Origin: Cenococcum geophilum
Taxonomy: Eukaryota
Assembly (NCBI GenBank): GCA_050273025.1
Contig: CP158635.1
Coordinates: 9,982,001 to 10,046,000, forward strand
Reading direction: 5' to 3'
DNA length: 64,000 bases
Position 1 is the first letter of the stretch. Each line of letters starts with the position of its first letter. Positions 36,950 to 50,868 of this stretch are shown piece after piece. A program made the position numbers and the translations under genes. The notes under the pieces were generated by a model, which saw only the letters and a program-made list of their open reading frames with translations, was not told where the DNA came from and searched no databases.

Positions 36950-39500
36950 TATGTTACTATCTTTTAGCTAACTTTTACTTTTAGAGCTATTCTTCTTTCT
37001 TAAAGGAGGCAAGTAGAAAATAACGAAATTTGGCTTAAAAGATTGTTAATTAATTTCTATTTAATAATGCTAGATTAGCTAGTATTATAGTTCCGCGTTA
37101 ATATCTATTTCCTTTTTTATTACTTTAATCTTTACTAGCATTTAATTTCTTCTCTTCTTACCTATTTTTATATCTCTTTCTATCTCTATATATAATTTAT
37201 TAAGCCCTTTTTTTAGTATTTCTAATATACTGTCCTCTAGATATTTATACTCCCCTAAACTATTAAGGAACCCTTTTAATATTTCTTTAGCGTCTTATAA
37301 TACAATTTTAGGATCTCTATGCCCTATTAATATTAGAACTACTTTAGTACTACTATACTAGAACTTACTTAGATTTATTCTTTTCTTTTCCCTATTTTTT
37401 TTTTTATTTTTATTTTATTTTTCTTCTTCTCCTCTTTGTTCTTTTTCTTCTTTACTTTCTCCTTTTTCTTCTTTTCCTTTTCCTTCCTCTCCTTTTCCTT
37501 CTCCTTTTCCTTCTTTTCCTTTTCCTTCTCCTTTTCCTTCCTCTTCTTTTCCTTCTTTTTCTTTTTCTTCTCCTTCTTCTTCTCCTTTTTTTTTTCTCCT
37601 TTTCCTTATCCTTTCCTTTCTTCTCTTTTTTTTTTTTTTTCTTTCCCTTTCTTTTTTTAGCTTTTTTTCCTTTTTCTAATTCTATTAGCTTCTTATACTT
37701 TATTACTAGGGAATTTTTCTTACCCTTTATTACTTCCCTGTTCTTATTATCTTCTTTATTATCCTTATTATCTTTTTTATTATCCTTATTATCCTTATTA
37801 CCCAAGTTATCTAAGTTATCTGAGTTATTTAAGTTGCTGTCCTCTTCTTCCTCTAATAACTTATTTAATAAGGAGTTGTCCTTATTATCCCTAGAGGAAA
37901 ATAAGCCTAAGTTGTCCTTATTACCCTTATTATTTAAATCTAAGTCACTATTCTTTTCCTCCTCTAATAACTTATCTAATAAGGAGTTATCCCTAAAGGT
38001 AGAGTTATTAAAGTCATCCTTAGAGGAAGACAAGTCTAAGTTATTTAAGTTGTCCCTAAAGGAAGATAAGTCCGAGTTGTCTAAGTTGTTTAAGTTATCC
38101 CTCTTTCTAAATTTCCTCTTACTTATCCGCTCCCCCCCCCCTACTAGCATCTATTACTTTCTAGTATATTTTAGTATACTGTTAAGCTCTAGTTACTTTG
38201 CCTTTTTCTAATACCCCTCTAATTCCCTATTAATAAGTCCTGATCCGTATTTATTATATAATATAGTCCTTAGGAACTACCTCTTTATACCCTTTACCTT
38301 AATATATATAGCTATAATTGGCATATTAGTATAATGGGGTGCGTTATTTTTAACTTTTGAGAAGATATAACCTTTTAGGCTCAATTCTCTGTCCACTAAT
38401 ACTATACCTTTAATAGCGATGCTTATAAAGGGGACATCCTTAATATGCTTCTTTATGCCTTTTATAATTAGCTTAGAGTATTTATCCTTATAGATTTGTA
38501 AAATCCCCTTATTAAATCTTCCGCTTATAATAAATATATACCTTTTATAACTATTAAATATCTTTAGATGCTAAATTAAGAGCTAATAGCCGCTATAACC
38601 CGCCTCCTACTAGCCCCTAAGCCACTACTATTAGCTATCTAATAAGACTCGACCTCGCTTCTTTGTCGCTGCTAAAGGTTTAAAAGTTTTATTAGTGTTA
38701 TCTTTGGTAGCCTTTATATAATCCTTCTTTTTCCCTTTCTTCTTCTTTACTTTCTTTTTTCCCTTCTTCCCTTTCTTCTTTTCCTTTTTCTTTTCTTTCT
38801 TCTTTTCCTTCCCCTTTTTCTTCTTCCCCTTATCTTTCTTGGCTTTTTTCTTCTTTATAGATAGGTCTAATTATAAAAACGCCTACCGCTCTACCTGCCA
38901 TCTTTTAAGAACATCATTATTAAGAGTAAGGGTAAAAGGAAGAAAGTTTAGAAGATCCTTTCTTTGTTCTCTATACTAGGCTGCTAGTAATTTAGTATTA
39001 ATTATATCTAGGTAGTTTTTTGCTATCCCTATACCAAAATTATCTAGTTCTCCTTTTATTATATATATAAGTATATTTCTTAAATCCTTTAGTAATAGAA
39101 GAACCGTCCTATAACAAATAGTGCCTAAGAGTTTATGGTAGTTGTGTGCTTTATTATATTTAATAGCTTTTTAATTTGCTTTTCTTAGGTTATTAAAAGC
39201 TGTAAAGTTGTTTCTAATAACGACTCGCCAAAAAATAGGAACTAACTTTTTATTTTAGTGGTTAGTATAAAATTCGCTAACTTAATTGGGATTAAAATCA
39301 TTATCTTTTATTTCTTAATCTCCGTCCTTATCTGTTATTAAATCTTATAGCGCGGTTAAGGACTTACTATAGCTAAACCCGTTATCTAGCTCTGGCCTCT
39401 TTATGCCTTTTTTTTACTATTAAAAGGATAGTTAAAGTTAATCGGACCCTTCTTAGGGGTTTAATTCTTTATTTCTTTAACATATTCGCTTAGAACATTA
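36950..39500 (-). pseudogene. Unassigned gene relic with long acidic (D/E/S) and K/E-rich low-complexity tracts
   Basis: Polypurine tracts on the minus strand at 37380-37680 and 38720-38860. DNLNNLDNSDLSS repeats are consistent with RIP-altered DDSDDS. No domain recognised. Confidence 0.4.
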
Positions 39501-42500
39501 AGTTTTTTAATAACGTTTATAATAACTATATAAAAGTTAGTTGTATATTATATATATATTAAACTCCATACTTTAAAGAGCCTTATTGCTATTATTTACG
39601 CCACCCTACTTTAGATGTACTTTCTATACTACTTTCTACTACGCTTATATTTTCTAAGTAGGACTTAGGTTATCGCCCTTTTTAAGTTAAATAAATTTTA
39701 GTGGACCGGCGTTGTTATTACTCTACTTAAGAATTTTGTTAATCTTATTCTGGCGTATTTAGTTTTCTTATTTAGGTTTAGCTGGTTCTTTAGCCCTATC
39801 TCCCTTCCTCTATTACTTCTTCTAAAGATTATTATTAGGGAATAAAGTTGCTTATAGAGTAGGGGGCGCGCTATTAGCTATTTTTAATAAATTGGCGCTA
39901 GTGCCTAATGATAAATTTCTAAAGATTTAAATAAAAGGAAACTACCCTTTTATATTTACCTTAATTATATATAGTGGTATATATTTAGACTCTAGTAATT
40001 ATATATAAACACTACTATATATAATTTATGTCTATTTTAGTAAATTAGGAAGGGGTACGGCCTTAAAACTAAGGTAGCGTTTTATTAAATATAGGGTAGT
40101 ATTAGCCCTTTTAATCACGTCTATATAGAGGGTCTTAAATGTACTTAATACGTAATTTAAATTAAATAATTTACTATCTATAGAGGTTGCCTTTATTACT
40201 CGCATTACTAGCAGATCACTATATTATTTAAAAACACTATATTACGGCTAGTTTTAAAGCATAAAGTAGGCAAATATAGATTTTTAAACTATTTAAAGAA
40301 ATATCTTCTAAAGCCTCTCTAACTTAACTAGGATATTAAATCGAGTTAACTAGGATCCGAGTTAATAGGAAATCTTATATAAAGGCGAGGTATAAAATAC
40401 CTAAAAGAGTTTCTTAAGCCATCTTATTATCTAGATGTTACTAAATTTGCACCTACTATAATAAAACAACTACTTTAAGCTTAGCAATCCTTATTTGTTT
40501 CCTTTTATTCTTTAGAATAATATCCTATATTTTAAATAGCTTGTTGGATTAATTTTATTCCCTAATATCTTAAAACATCTTTCTAAGTCATTTAGCCGTC
40601 GCGGTCGCGTGACTTAATTGCTTTCGGTAATTATTAAGCCTCCTTTTTAACTCTTCTCTAGCTTTATGGGCTTCTTATTACTCCTTATATCTCTAATTTT
40701 AAATCTAGGAAATTACTATCTAATTATAAGAAACTTAAGTTTCTAGACTATAAATATATTATATTGTCTATTACTCTCTAATAAAGAAGTCCCTAAAGAA
40801 GTCCTAATCTGAGCGCCTATTATATATCTTACAGTACTAGCAATATCTAGGGTCCTGTAATTATTAGTACTTAAGTAGTTTTTTTCTACTAGAGGTATAC
40901 CGCTAAGCTATAGCACTAGCTTTTATCCTTATAGTTAGTATAATAGGTTGCGTTATTTATATTTTTAGAGTATAATGCAATTCTAGAATAAAGGCTTCCT
41001 ATACCAGTATATAAATCAACATTTTAATTATAGACTACTGCTAATTATAGGTTATGTCCGTTTTACTATAGTATATAGGAGAGGTATAAGTATATATTAC
41101 CCTAGCACGACCGCTAAGCGCTAATTGCTTATTACTAAAAGAAAGATCTATATATACGCGTACGTTTCTACTAAAATTACTATTAAATACCGCCTACCTT
41201 GAAATTAAAGAGCTACCTATTCTAAAATTATGTGCAGCGCTAGATAAAACCGTTTTACGCTACCCTACTATTAACGTTGCTACTTTACTAACTTAAAAGG
41301 GAATGGAATAATAATATAGTTTACGCTAGATCTAGCTTATACCTTCTTGCTAAGTTAATAGCTATAGGTATATAGAACTATAGGGGTTAGGGGAGGAAAG
41401 GTAATTCCTAGTCCTATATTCTGTGTTAAACTATATAATAAGCAAAAAGTTAGGAGTCCTCTCTGCAATTTACCTACTGTATTGGTAGCCCCTTTTTAGT
41501 TTACTTGCTTATATCTAACCTTATAGCTACTTTATAGGCGTGAGAGAAGATTTACTATTTAAACTTTTTTAAGCTTTTAGTTCTTCCTAGGATTTTAGTT
41601 CTTCTTAGGATTTTAGTTTAGGCATTTCTACTATAACTTAATTACCGACTTTATTTAAGGTAAACCGGTAGTCTTTCTGTTAAAGGCCGTTATAAGCTTA
41701 GACTAAAAGAGAGGGGGTAGTATAACCTAGAGTTTGCGAAGAAGGTTTTTATTATTTAGTGACTAACCCTCTAACTAAGTAATAGCCTCTATAGTAGATA
41801 ACTTTATAGGTAATAAGTTAAGAAAATAAGGGGTTAAATTGCGAGTATCTTAGAGGACGGTCTTTTAAATCTACGTTCTAAATTAAATAAATATTAATTA
41901 GTAAGTTTTTAAGCTAATGCTAGAATACTAATAGAATGGTAGGTAGTAAAGAGCGGCGTAGGCGTAGTAGGCGATAATAGACTATATATATCTACTAATT
42001 AGCTAGCTACTTTATATAGCTCCTAGTGTAACCAGCTAAGCGCTTTATACGTATTAGCTTCTAAAGAATAATTGCTAGAACTAACTCTAGAACTTACGCC
42101 TGTAGCATTACTATCTAAAGTTAATTAGGCGTTTTACGCCTGTAGTATCGCCGGACTCTTTATATATTACGAAACACTATAATTAATTAGGCGCTCCGCG
42201 AAGTTCGACCGTTAGCTAGATTGCCTTAGGCGCTCTATACTTACTAAGCGCCAGGGTTTCTAACTTAAGGCAGCATTAACGCTAGAAAGATACCTGGCTT
42301 TATAATTACTTAAAGATAAAGAGCACCTACGCAGCAAGACTAATATCCTTTTACTTAAACTTTATTAATCCTTTTTTACGAGGCCGTATCCTATTATAAC
42401 TAGCTATAACTCTCTAGCGGATAATAAATACTAGGAGAGAATTATAAATAAAATTCTAGAGATAGATTGGGGTTTTATTAAAATCGATTCTCTTAACCTT

Positions 42501-45082
42501 AATAATATTTAGTTTTTAAATAACCTAGATATAGCTACGCTGTAACACTCCGATATATTCTAGCAACCTTTTAGCTAGGGGGCTATACTAGAATAGCTAT
42601 AGTTTAATTAGGGAGTTTAGAATAAGTAAGGATATTAGCCTAATCTAAATCTAGGCCTTATGTGCATATATATTAGCCTAGAATTATTAGCTGAGACCTA
42701 TATATTAATAGGTTCTAAGCTACCTAACGTCTATATACTAGCATAAGAGCTTTAGAAAAAGTAAGTTTTGGATTATTAAGAAAAATTGCTTTACTAATAT
42801 TGCTTAGACAAGAGCTAATAGCTAAGTAGGTAAAATTAAATGGATTACGTCTTTATTTAAACTAATTATTAATAATAGACGGCTTAATTATCTTAACAAT
42901 TATATAGCTAAGATGCAAGTATAGGCATTCTCTATTAGTACAAGAATTAGGGAGTTAAAGGAGGTATTAAATAGTGGAAGTAATGGTGGTAAAGGTTAAT
43001 AATTGGCTAGGTACCGAAATTTGGTACTAGATATTCTAATAGAGTTTTAATATATAGCTTTTATAGTACTTTTAAAAACTTATTAATCCCTCGTTTATAT
43101 CACAAAGCCTTTTCCTAATAATAAATAGCAACTTTCCTCATTAAACGGCATTCCCGCTACAGTTCTGTAATTTTAATATTTAAATTACCAAGCCCTTTAT
43201 TAACTCCGTTGCTCTTCTACTACTCTCTTTTAGCTTCTATATTCCGTAGTTCTCTTATACCTAACCCTTAACTTTTAATTTCGTGGGTTAGATATTTATA
43301 GGAATTAAATTCTTTTTAGAAACTATTAGCTTATATTAAATAGTATTAGTAGTTTTATACCTCTATAGTTTTAGTTCTTACGGCTCTAATAGTGTTTCTA
43401 ATACCTAAGTATAAATCCTAATACGCTATAATAGAATGTTTGCTTAGGTGTTTTTTAAAGAGGTATTATTTCTTAGGGGTTAGCTGCTATTAGTAAGGGT
43501 CGTTATCTCTAATAATAAGCCTTACTTTATTTGGGGAAATAACTATATTAAGCTCGTCTTCTACTTACGGCCTAAGTAGATTACTTAAAATAAAAAGATG
43601 GCTAATATATTTAAATATTGCGCTAATTGTAAACGGCACCACTATCTCCATCGTACTCTTTATATATTTTTTTATGCTTTATTTTCCTAGTAAAGTTTTA
43701 GAGAAAAGTTTGCAATTATATATAACTATACTAAAATTAAAATTTCTATTTTTAGCATCTTAATTCTCTTATAACTTTTACTTTAAGTAAAAAAGTGCGC
43801 TAGAAACCTCTTTATATACCTTATATAGAACGCGATTAATACTCCCTTTAGGGTCATTTCTTCGTTAACTATAAACTTAGGTTTTTATGGTAAAATAACC
43901 GCTCTCTTTACTTTCCACCAAAATATAGCGTTTAACTTAAGTGTGGTATGCGCGATACTAAACAGATATGCTAGTTAACCAGTATTGGCTTTATGGAAAG
44001 TCTACTTTATTTAACTAGCTTGTCTAAAGTTTGCTAAAGTAGCGGCAAGCTATAGAACTCGCTTTTATTGGATATAACTTATTATATAGGGTACGGCATA
44101 GCCAGTTTAAAAAATAGCGCATTATAACGAAAAGTTATTAGGAAATAGACCCCGCTTTTCTGATGCTAAACCTATAGGGTAAGCGGTAGTAATATAGGTG
44201 TAATAGTCCACACCCAATTTTCCAGCCTAGCATTGTCTTATTATTTATAGCAATAGCAATACTATACGGGCTTTATTATGGCCTTATTAATCCCTTTTAG
44301 TATCTTAGTTTAGCTTAATCTTAAAATTTTTATGTTACGTCTTATAGGAATAAGTTTCTTAAGTCCGCCGAATTGTACTAGGGGTGGTCTTCGCTTTATA
44401 GGCATAGCGGGTTTATATACTATGATATAGAGCTAGGCTACTAAAGACTACTAGTAACTGTAGTGAGGTTAAACTTTGTCGTTTTATGTATAGAGGTCGG
44501 GGTATTTATATTATCCAATTATTCTATATACTACCCCTATCTCTTTAGAAGTTAACTATTATATAAGATTTGCCTAGAGCCGCTAGGGCTAGTATGTATT
44601 AGCATTGTAAAAGCTTAGTAACCTTAAAGCTAAGGAAGTAAACGCTATCCTATCCATTTAATCTAGAATTGATCTTTCCTAAAAATAGAAAAAGTCCCAG
44701 CCACTTTATACGGCAACTCTTTTATATAATCCTAACGCTAAGCAATTTAGATCCTATATCTTAGCCCTTTCGCAGGCTAGCTATTGCTAGGACAATCTAG
44801 GAAATTTTATGTAACTATACCTCGATGCAGCTTCTAAGATTGAGGTGTAGGGCCTATACGCACTCGCTTCTCTCCTACGCCTAAGAATAATATTATAATA
44901 GTTGTGGTTATAGCAAACTCTTCTAAACTTACTTAAAGCTTTTAAACGCTTAACTTAAGTACGTATAGTCCCCTTTATTATACCCCTATTAGCACTAATT
45001 TAAGCATAGTCTACTTAGCCTAAAGGGCTTTAACTTAGGTTAATTATTACAAAGCTATAGAAAATCATCTCTTGCCTTAAGC

Positions 45083-46260
45083 ATGCCAGCCTTAAATATG
45101 CCAGCCTTAAGCAGAAACGTAAGAGAAGTGCTAAACTTTTAGTATCTATAAAGGCTAGAAGAGATAAAGCTAGAGAAGAGCCTAATAATAGACTGAAGGA
45201 GTCTTGTAAATATTAGGAGTATATAGGTTCTAGCTGATTTAATACCATTAATATAAGCTATCTTATATAAATAATTTAAACAATTATAAAAAGAGATCTA
45301 GCCTTATGGAAAATTAGCTATTTTAAAGTCTTAGTTCCGCTAGACGCGCTCTCTACTTACTTAAAATCTATAAAAGGCCAAATTATAGGGAAGTATAGTG
45401 CTCCCTTAAACTTCAATTATGCGGCTTATATAATACGGCCTTTGCGTACTAAGGAGGTTATAAACTATACTATATGCAACCTTATATACCAGGCATCTTT
45501 CGATTAATAAGAAGACAAGTTTAGGATCCCGAGGATTCTTTCTTATTAACCGTCTACCGCTACGAACCTATTTTGCGCTACTAAAATCCAGAATAAAACC
45601 CTCTCGTACTTAATTTATTTTACCTTTATTAGTAAAGAACGGGAAACAATTAGTTTAGGTAATAAGTCACTTTTTAACTATAGGACTTAACTTAATAAGA
45701 TAAAGGCAAAGATCCCTAGGATATATTTACTATATGTATATATTAGTGGTTCTTGGAATACGCTAGCAACTATATATATAGAAGATGCTGGACTTAGCTC
45801 TATAAATCTTGTTTACGCTAAAGCCCCTAAGTCTTAGTTAATAGTCTCCCCTAACAATACGTGCCAGTTAGAAGATAGAATTAAGGAGGTTTTTAGCTTT
45901 TAAAAGCGAAAATCGAACTCTAAGGTATAGGAGTTAGCCTACTCCTAATTTATCCGGTATATAGATCTTATGCTATATAAGGAGTTGCTTAATCTCTGGC
46001 ATATTCGCTACGAAATTACCTATTACTAGCCTAGGGAAATGGTTATCACGTTACCGTATATATATTATTAAATTTTAAATAATGGAGTTAATATTACTAA
46101 AGCTATTAACTTCGCACTTAAGGAGGATTAGGAACCTCCTCCTAACTATTAGTTCTATAGCAGAAAATATAGCTAGGCTTCTATTACGGAGAATGACCTT
46201 AGTATTATTAGAGGCGGGCCGCCTAAAAGGTAGGTTAATTTATACATGAATCTACCTTTA
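45083..46260 (+). pseudogene. JmjC-domain protein, KDM4/KDM5 (histone demethylase)-type; domain about 45700-46120; gene may extend to about 47.4 kb
   Basis: IPRIYLLYVYISGSWNTLATIYIEDAGLSSINLVYAKAPKS*LIV ... S*FIRY ... Y*PREMVITLPYIYY*ILNNGVNITKAINFA. Compare KDM4 [23 protein letters not shown] ... FLRH ... [28 protein letters not shown]. Both His ligands appear as TAT (RIP of CAT). Confidence 0.9.
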
Positions 46261-48271
46261 CTAATTCCTTTAGCAGCAATAACTACCCAAAAATTAGCGC
46301 CGTTTGAGGGAATTTAACTGTCTTTGCCCTTATAGAAGGAAGCGCTAACGTAGAGTATATCGCCCTATTATTATCTAAAAAGCAACGCATCTCTTTAAAC
46401 CCTACTATTAACACGAATATTTTAGACGCGTTGCGTTATAATTTTTAATAATTAACGCCCCCTATTCCAATTCTGTTCTCCTAATTTAATAATATAGTTA
46501 TTACTTCCGGCCTTTCTCTTTTATTTATTATACGGACAATATAGCTAATATTTAACTATATAACTGCGCGTATTATTATTAATTTATTATAGGAATCTCA
46601 GAGCAAGAGTAAATTAGTTAATTCTGCCGATAATAAGGTTAAGAATATTTATCGCATCCGCGCCTATATTTGAGATATAAGGTAGGCTGAAAGTAGGATG
46701 TATAAAGGCGTCATATAAAGGCGAATTAGTTAAGTTAAATTGCGGGAAAGCTTTAACTCCTATATCTAAGCTAAATCAGCTATCTTTTTGGAAAGGCGTA
46801 AAAAGAGCTAGCCGTAAAATGATGTTGTTCCTAGTAGGAAAGCCTAGGACTATATTTAAAATAACCTAATACTTAAGTTATTTAATAGAGATTGGAAAAT
46901 TCTAAGAGGCACTAGAGATTCTGCCGTTAGGATGTTTAAGTATAACCTTAAGGTTGGCGCAATTCTTAAATTATTCTGCTCCGTCTATAGTATTTAAATT
47001 TTATCTTTCCTCTCGTCTATAGACGCAGAGCCCTAGCTTCAGTTTTTAAAAGCAAGCAATTACCTATAGTTAAAAGATCTTACTAAAGCAATTGTGCTAT
47101 TAGAGTAAGTCCTTAACTAATATCTATCTTAAGAAGCTAACTAGCTTAAGATATAATATAATGATAAAACGATAAGCATAATTCTTTATTAAGTGGCTTC
47201 TACTTCTCCGACTTAACCTTAAACGATTAGCTGAAATTAATGGCGATTTACTTAGTAGTAATATATTTTTAAATAAAAGTATATATCCTTTTATGGCGTA
47301 AGACGAGATTAGTAAATAAATTGCCACCTTAGCTATAGAGCAAGAACCACTTAATACTTTTTTTAGCTTTTTCCGTAGTAATTAAGGTAGTATTACTATT
47401 TTATATAATTTAGGAGAAGCGTCTCTTCCGATTTATTCTACCCTCTTATGACGTCGCTACTATAGTTAGATGCTACTTAGCGCTCTAGACTTTAGTATAT
47501 CTAACGCGCCTTTAGTAAAACCTAAGAGCCTCCCTTATATTTAGTAGCCTACTTTTATAAAGCTAGGTATCCTTCTAAACTACCTTATATTTGCGTCCTA
47601 TTTTAGTTATTCTTTCCTCTATAATATCGTTAATCTCCTATTTGTTATTTAAGATTATTTTATTAATTTAGTTATATATCGCCTGGGAACCCTATAGGTG
47701 GGAATTTAGGTAGCATCGCTTTATCTAATTAGTGGCGGAGCTGTTATACTCGCTATTATCTTTATTATACGGATCGTAGGGGTTTAAATATAGACTAGTT
47801 AGTTTATTTGTCTTACTCGGCCGGTATATACTCTTATTGTCTAAGTCTTCTAGAGTGATTTTGCCGCTTTAAATATCTAAAATAGCCTTATTGTCGTTAA
47901 CCTAAGAAATACGCATTCTAGATGTTTTAGGGTAGGAGCTTTTTAAAAGATAATCCTAGACAATATTTCTTAATAAAGTGTTTAATAAAAAGTAGATAAA
48001 AAGAGGGTTAGAGGATATTTAGCGCTTATAGAGTTCTTATCTAGCTTTTTAATTCTAGAGCTAAGCTAGCTAATATATATAAATGCTAAGAAAAAATATA
48101 TAAGTAGGGCGTCTAAAGATTAAAAGCCTAATCCTTAAGATAATTTTAGTATTCCTATATATATATCTCTAGCCATTATTTTTAGAACTTAAGACTATAT
48201 TTAATGAAAATTTTCTCCCTAAATTATAAAAATTAAAATAGCCCTTATACCCTAAACTTAATACTAAATAT

Positions 48272-49205
48272 ATATACACTTCTCTTTTTTGTTTTACGCG
48301 CGGTTATAGTAGTATACTATTAATCTCTAGAAGTAATTACTAAGTAGGTAGATTATAGTTACTGTAGAAATCTAGTCCTAATAAATTATAGTGTTAATTA
48401 GTCTCTTTTAATTAAAGTTAGGGCGGATATACTAGTAACTATGCCTAAAGGAGGCGAGCTTAAAGTAGACGTTAAGCTTAGCGTTAAGATTATTGCGACT
48501 ATATCTCCTATTATAACTTCCTTATCGCCAATCTATACTGTCTAAGTCGGTACTTAGGGAGATCTAATATTTTCCCTAAATTAAATATCTGTGCCTATTA
48601 GAGATATTATCCACTTTTAGTTTCTTAAACTAAACTATACCGTATTATAATTCTTGCTTAAGAATCCGTGCACACCTAATAGGATTTTTAATACTAACTT
48701 TCTCTATTTTAACCCTAAGAACTATATAGATAATATTATTTCCTTTTTTATCTAATATATAAGTCTATAATGGTTTTTCTACAAATAAACGCTATTAGTT
48801 TTATATTGCCACGCTAGTATAGTCTTTGCTATTAACCCTAGGCCAAATATAGAAGAATTCCTTTGTAATGCTTATTTGCTATAATTTACCTTATAGATAA
48901 GTAGTGTTATTGGACAGTTAACCACAAAACCGAATGCTAGGAGTAGCTATTAGTAAAAAGGAATTACTGGTATTAGCCCGGTTAAGATAGCTAAAAGTTA
49001 TTAGATATTAATATTATTTCCTATAAACCTAACTAACCTTAGAGGGAGTTATTAGATAGGAATAGGTAACGCTAGTATCCCTAATAGTACTGTCTTTTAA
49101 CCTACCCTTTAGCCCTAGCCCTTAACTTAACTAGTAAATAGCGGGGGAATTTCTCTTCTACCTTTTACTAGTCTTTTTATATTATTAACTCTTGCTTTTA
49201 TTTAG
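48272..49205 (+). pseudogene. Extracellular Ser/Thr-rich cupredoxin, probably GPI-anchored
   Basis: IYTV*VGT*GDLIFSLN*ISVPIRDIIHF*FLKLNYTVL*..LKNPC (NHTV.QS....PC) and WFFYK*TLLVLYCHASIVFAINP (WFFC.Q...HC.AGMVFAIN). Hydrophobic C-terminal tail ends TAG at 49205. Confidence 0.85.
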
Positions 49206-50868
49206 TAGTTTAGTAGGAATTTTATATTCTTATTTATATAGTCTAGTAAACAGAAGTCTTATCTATTTTCTTAGCCTATTATATTATACTTTTCTAGTAG
49301 CCTTGCAAATCTTATCTAAAGCGTTAATAATTTATAAGTTCGCTAATTTAATCTCCTAAACTCTCTTATAACCTCTTTTTAAGTTAACTTCCTTTTTACT
49401 CTTAAATTAAAAAGAAGAGAGTCCTGCCGATCTATTATATAATTCTAGAGTATTATATATTTACAAGGGGATAGCATAGTCTAAGGCTAATGAGTTAGGT
49501 TCTCTAAATGGGGCTAATAAGCGTTTAATAGTTAATGAGACTTAAATAGTAGTTTAGAATAAAGATAAGTTTGGAAAGAGTTTAAGATATAACTAAGGTA
49601 TAGAAGAGGATTATAGTATCTCTTTTTCTAAGTAGATTAAGAAGGTAGAGCTTAAAGAGATAGTGGGATAAGTAATAGAGGTAAGATTATTATAATTTTA
49701 GTAAAGTATAGATAGGAATTATATAACTTTTACTACTTTTAATTATAGTTTAAGACGTCTAACGTCTCGGAATAAAAATAAACTTAGTTAACTCTATATA
49801 TATATAATAATAAAAATAAAATATAGGGCATATATATACGTCCTTAAAAGACTTTAACTTAAAGAATTAATTAACTACTTTACCTTAAAGATATGTATTA
49901 TTATAATATTTTTATCTAATCCAAATTGTACCATCTAGAGGACTTTTAGGAAGATGCGTAATTAGATTTAGAAAATTAAAGGAGTAGATAACGCTATAGA
50001 ATATTCTAAGCCACTACCTACCTATAGGTACTATTTTCTCCCCCTTTAACTTATATTATAGACTAATATATAATAGTAGCTATATAACCCTTAATAGGCT
50101 TAATAGTGGCGCATTAAGGCGTATATTTAGAACTACCACTATTAATAGGGAAGGTAAAGAGGATACGCTAGATAGAGCTATACTAGAGGGAACTGCGCTA
50201 GAGGTGTTTTAGAGGGAGCTATGGTATAGGCTACGCTAAGCCGCGTTAGATAAGGTTATATTAGAGGAGGCTAAGATTAGAACTTTAGTATAGAGCTAGG
50301 CTTTATATATTAATTTCTATAGGTTCTACCTTATCTTTCTAGTAATATTAACGGTTAGGTTAGGTTTAAAAAATAAAGCTAAAACTAATCTAAAATATAA
50401 TTTTAAGGCTTAAACTAGTTATAAAATTAGGTTAAACCAGATTAACTATAGTGTTTATTTACATATTTTAGTGTACTTTTTGGCCTTAGTAAAGGCTAGC
50501 CCTATTTAGATTGCAGCGCCCGTCCTTATAAGGTAGGTATTAGGAATATAGGCAAGTTGCCGTTATATATCGCCGCGGCACTAGCGTAGTAAGGAGCCTT
50601 AAGCTTTTTACCCTTTCTTAAGTAAGAGAAATATAGAATAATAATTATTATACTACCTATAACTTGTAGATACGTAATATCACCTTATATTACTAACAGT
50701 AGGGCTTAGTAGGGGCTTATAATAAATATAATTCTAAAAAAAACCTATAAAAAAGTCTTTAGTATTTTATTTTTAAATATAGATTTTATTTTTATATATA
50801 GGGATTTATTTTTAGATTAAAGAAAAAGTATATATACTTTCTTTATTCTTTTACTAAAACACAACACT

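Noticed and set aside
37436..38211. Overlapping 232-, 125- and 74-aa ORFs as functional genes
   Set aside because: They stay open only because low-complexity purine/pyrimidine tracts have few RIP-generated stops; at most part of a dead gene.
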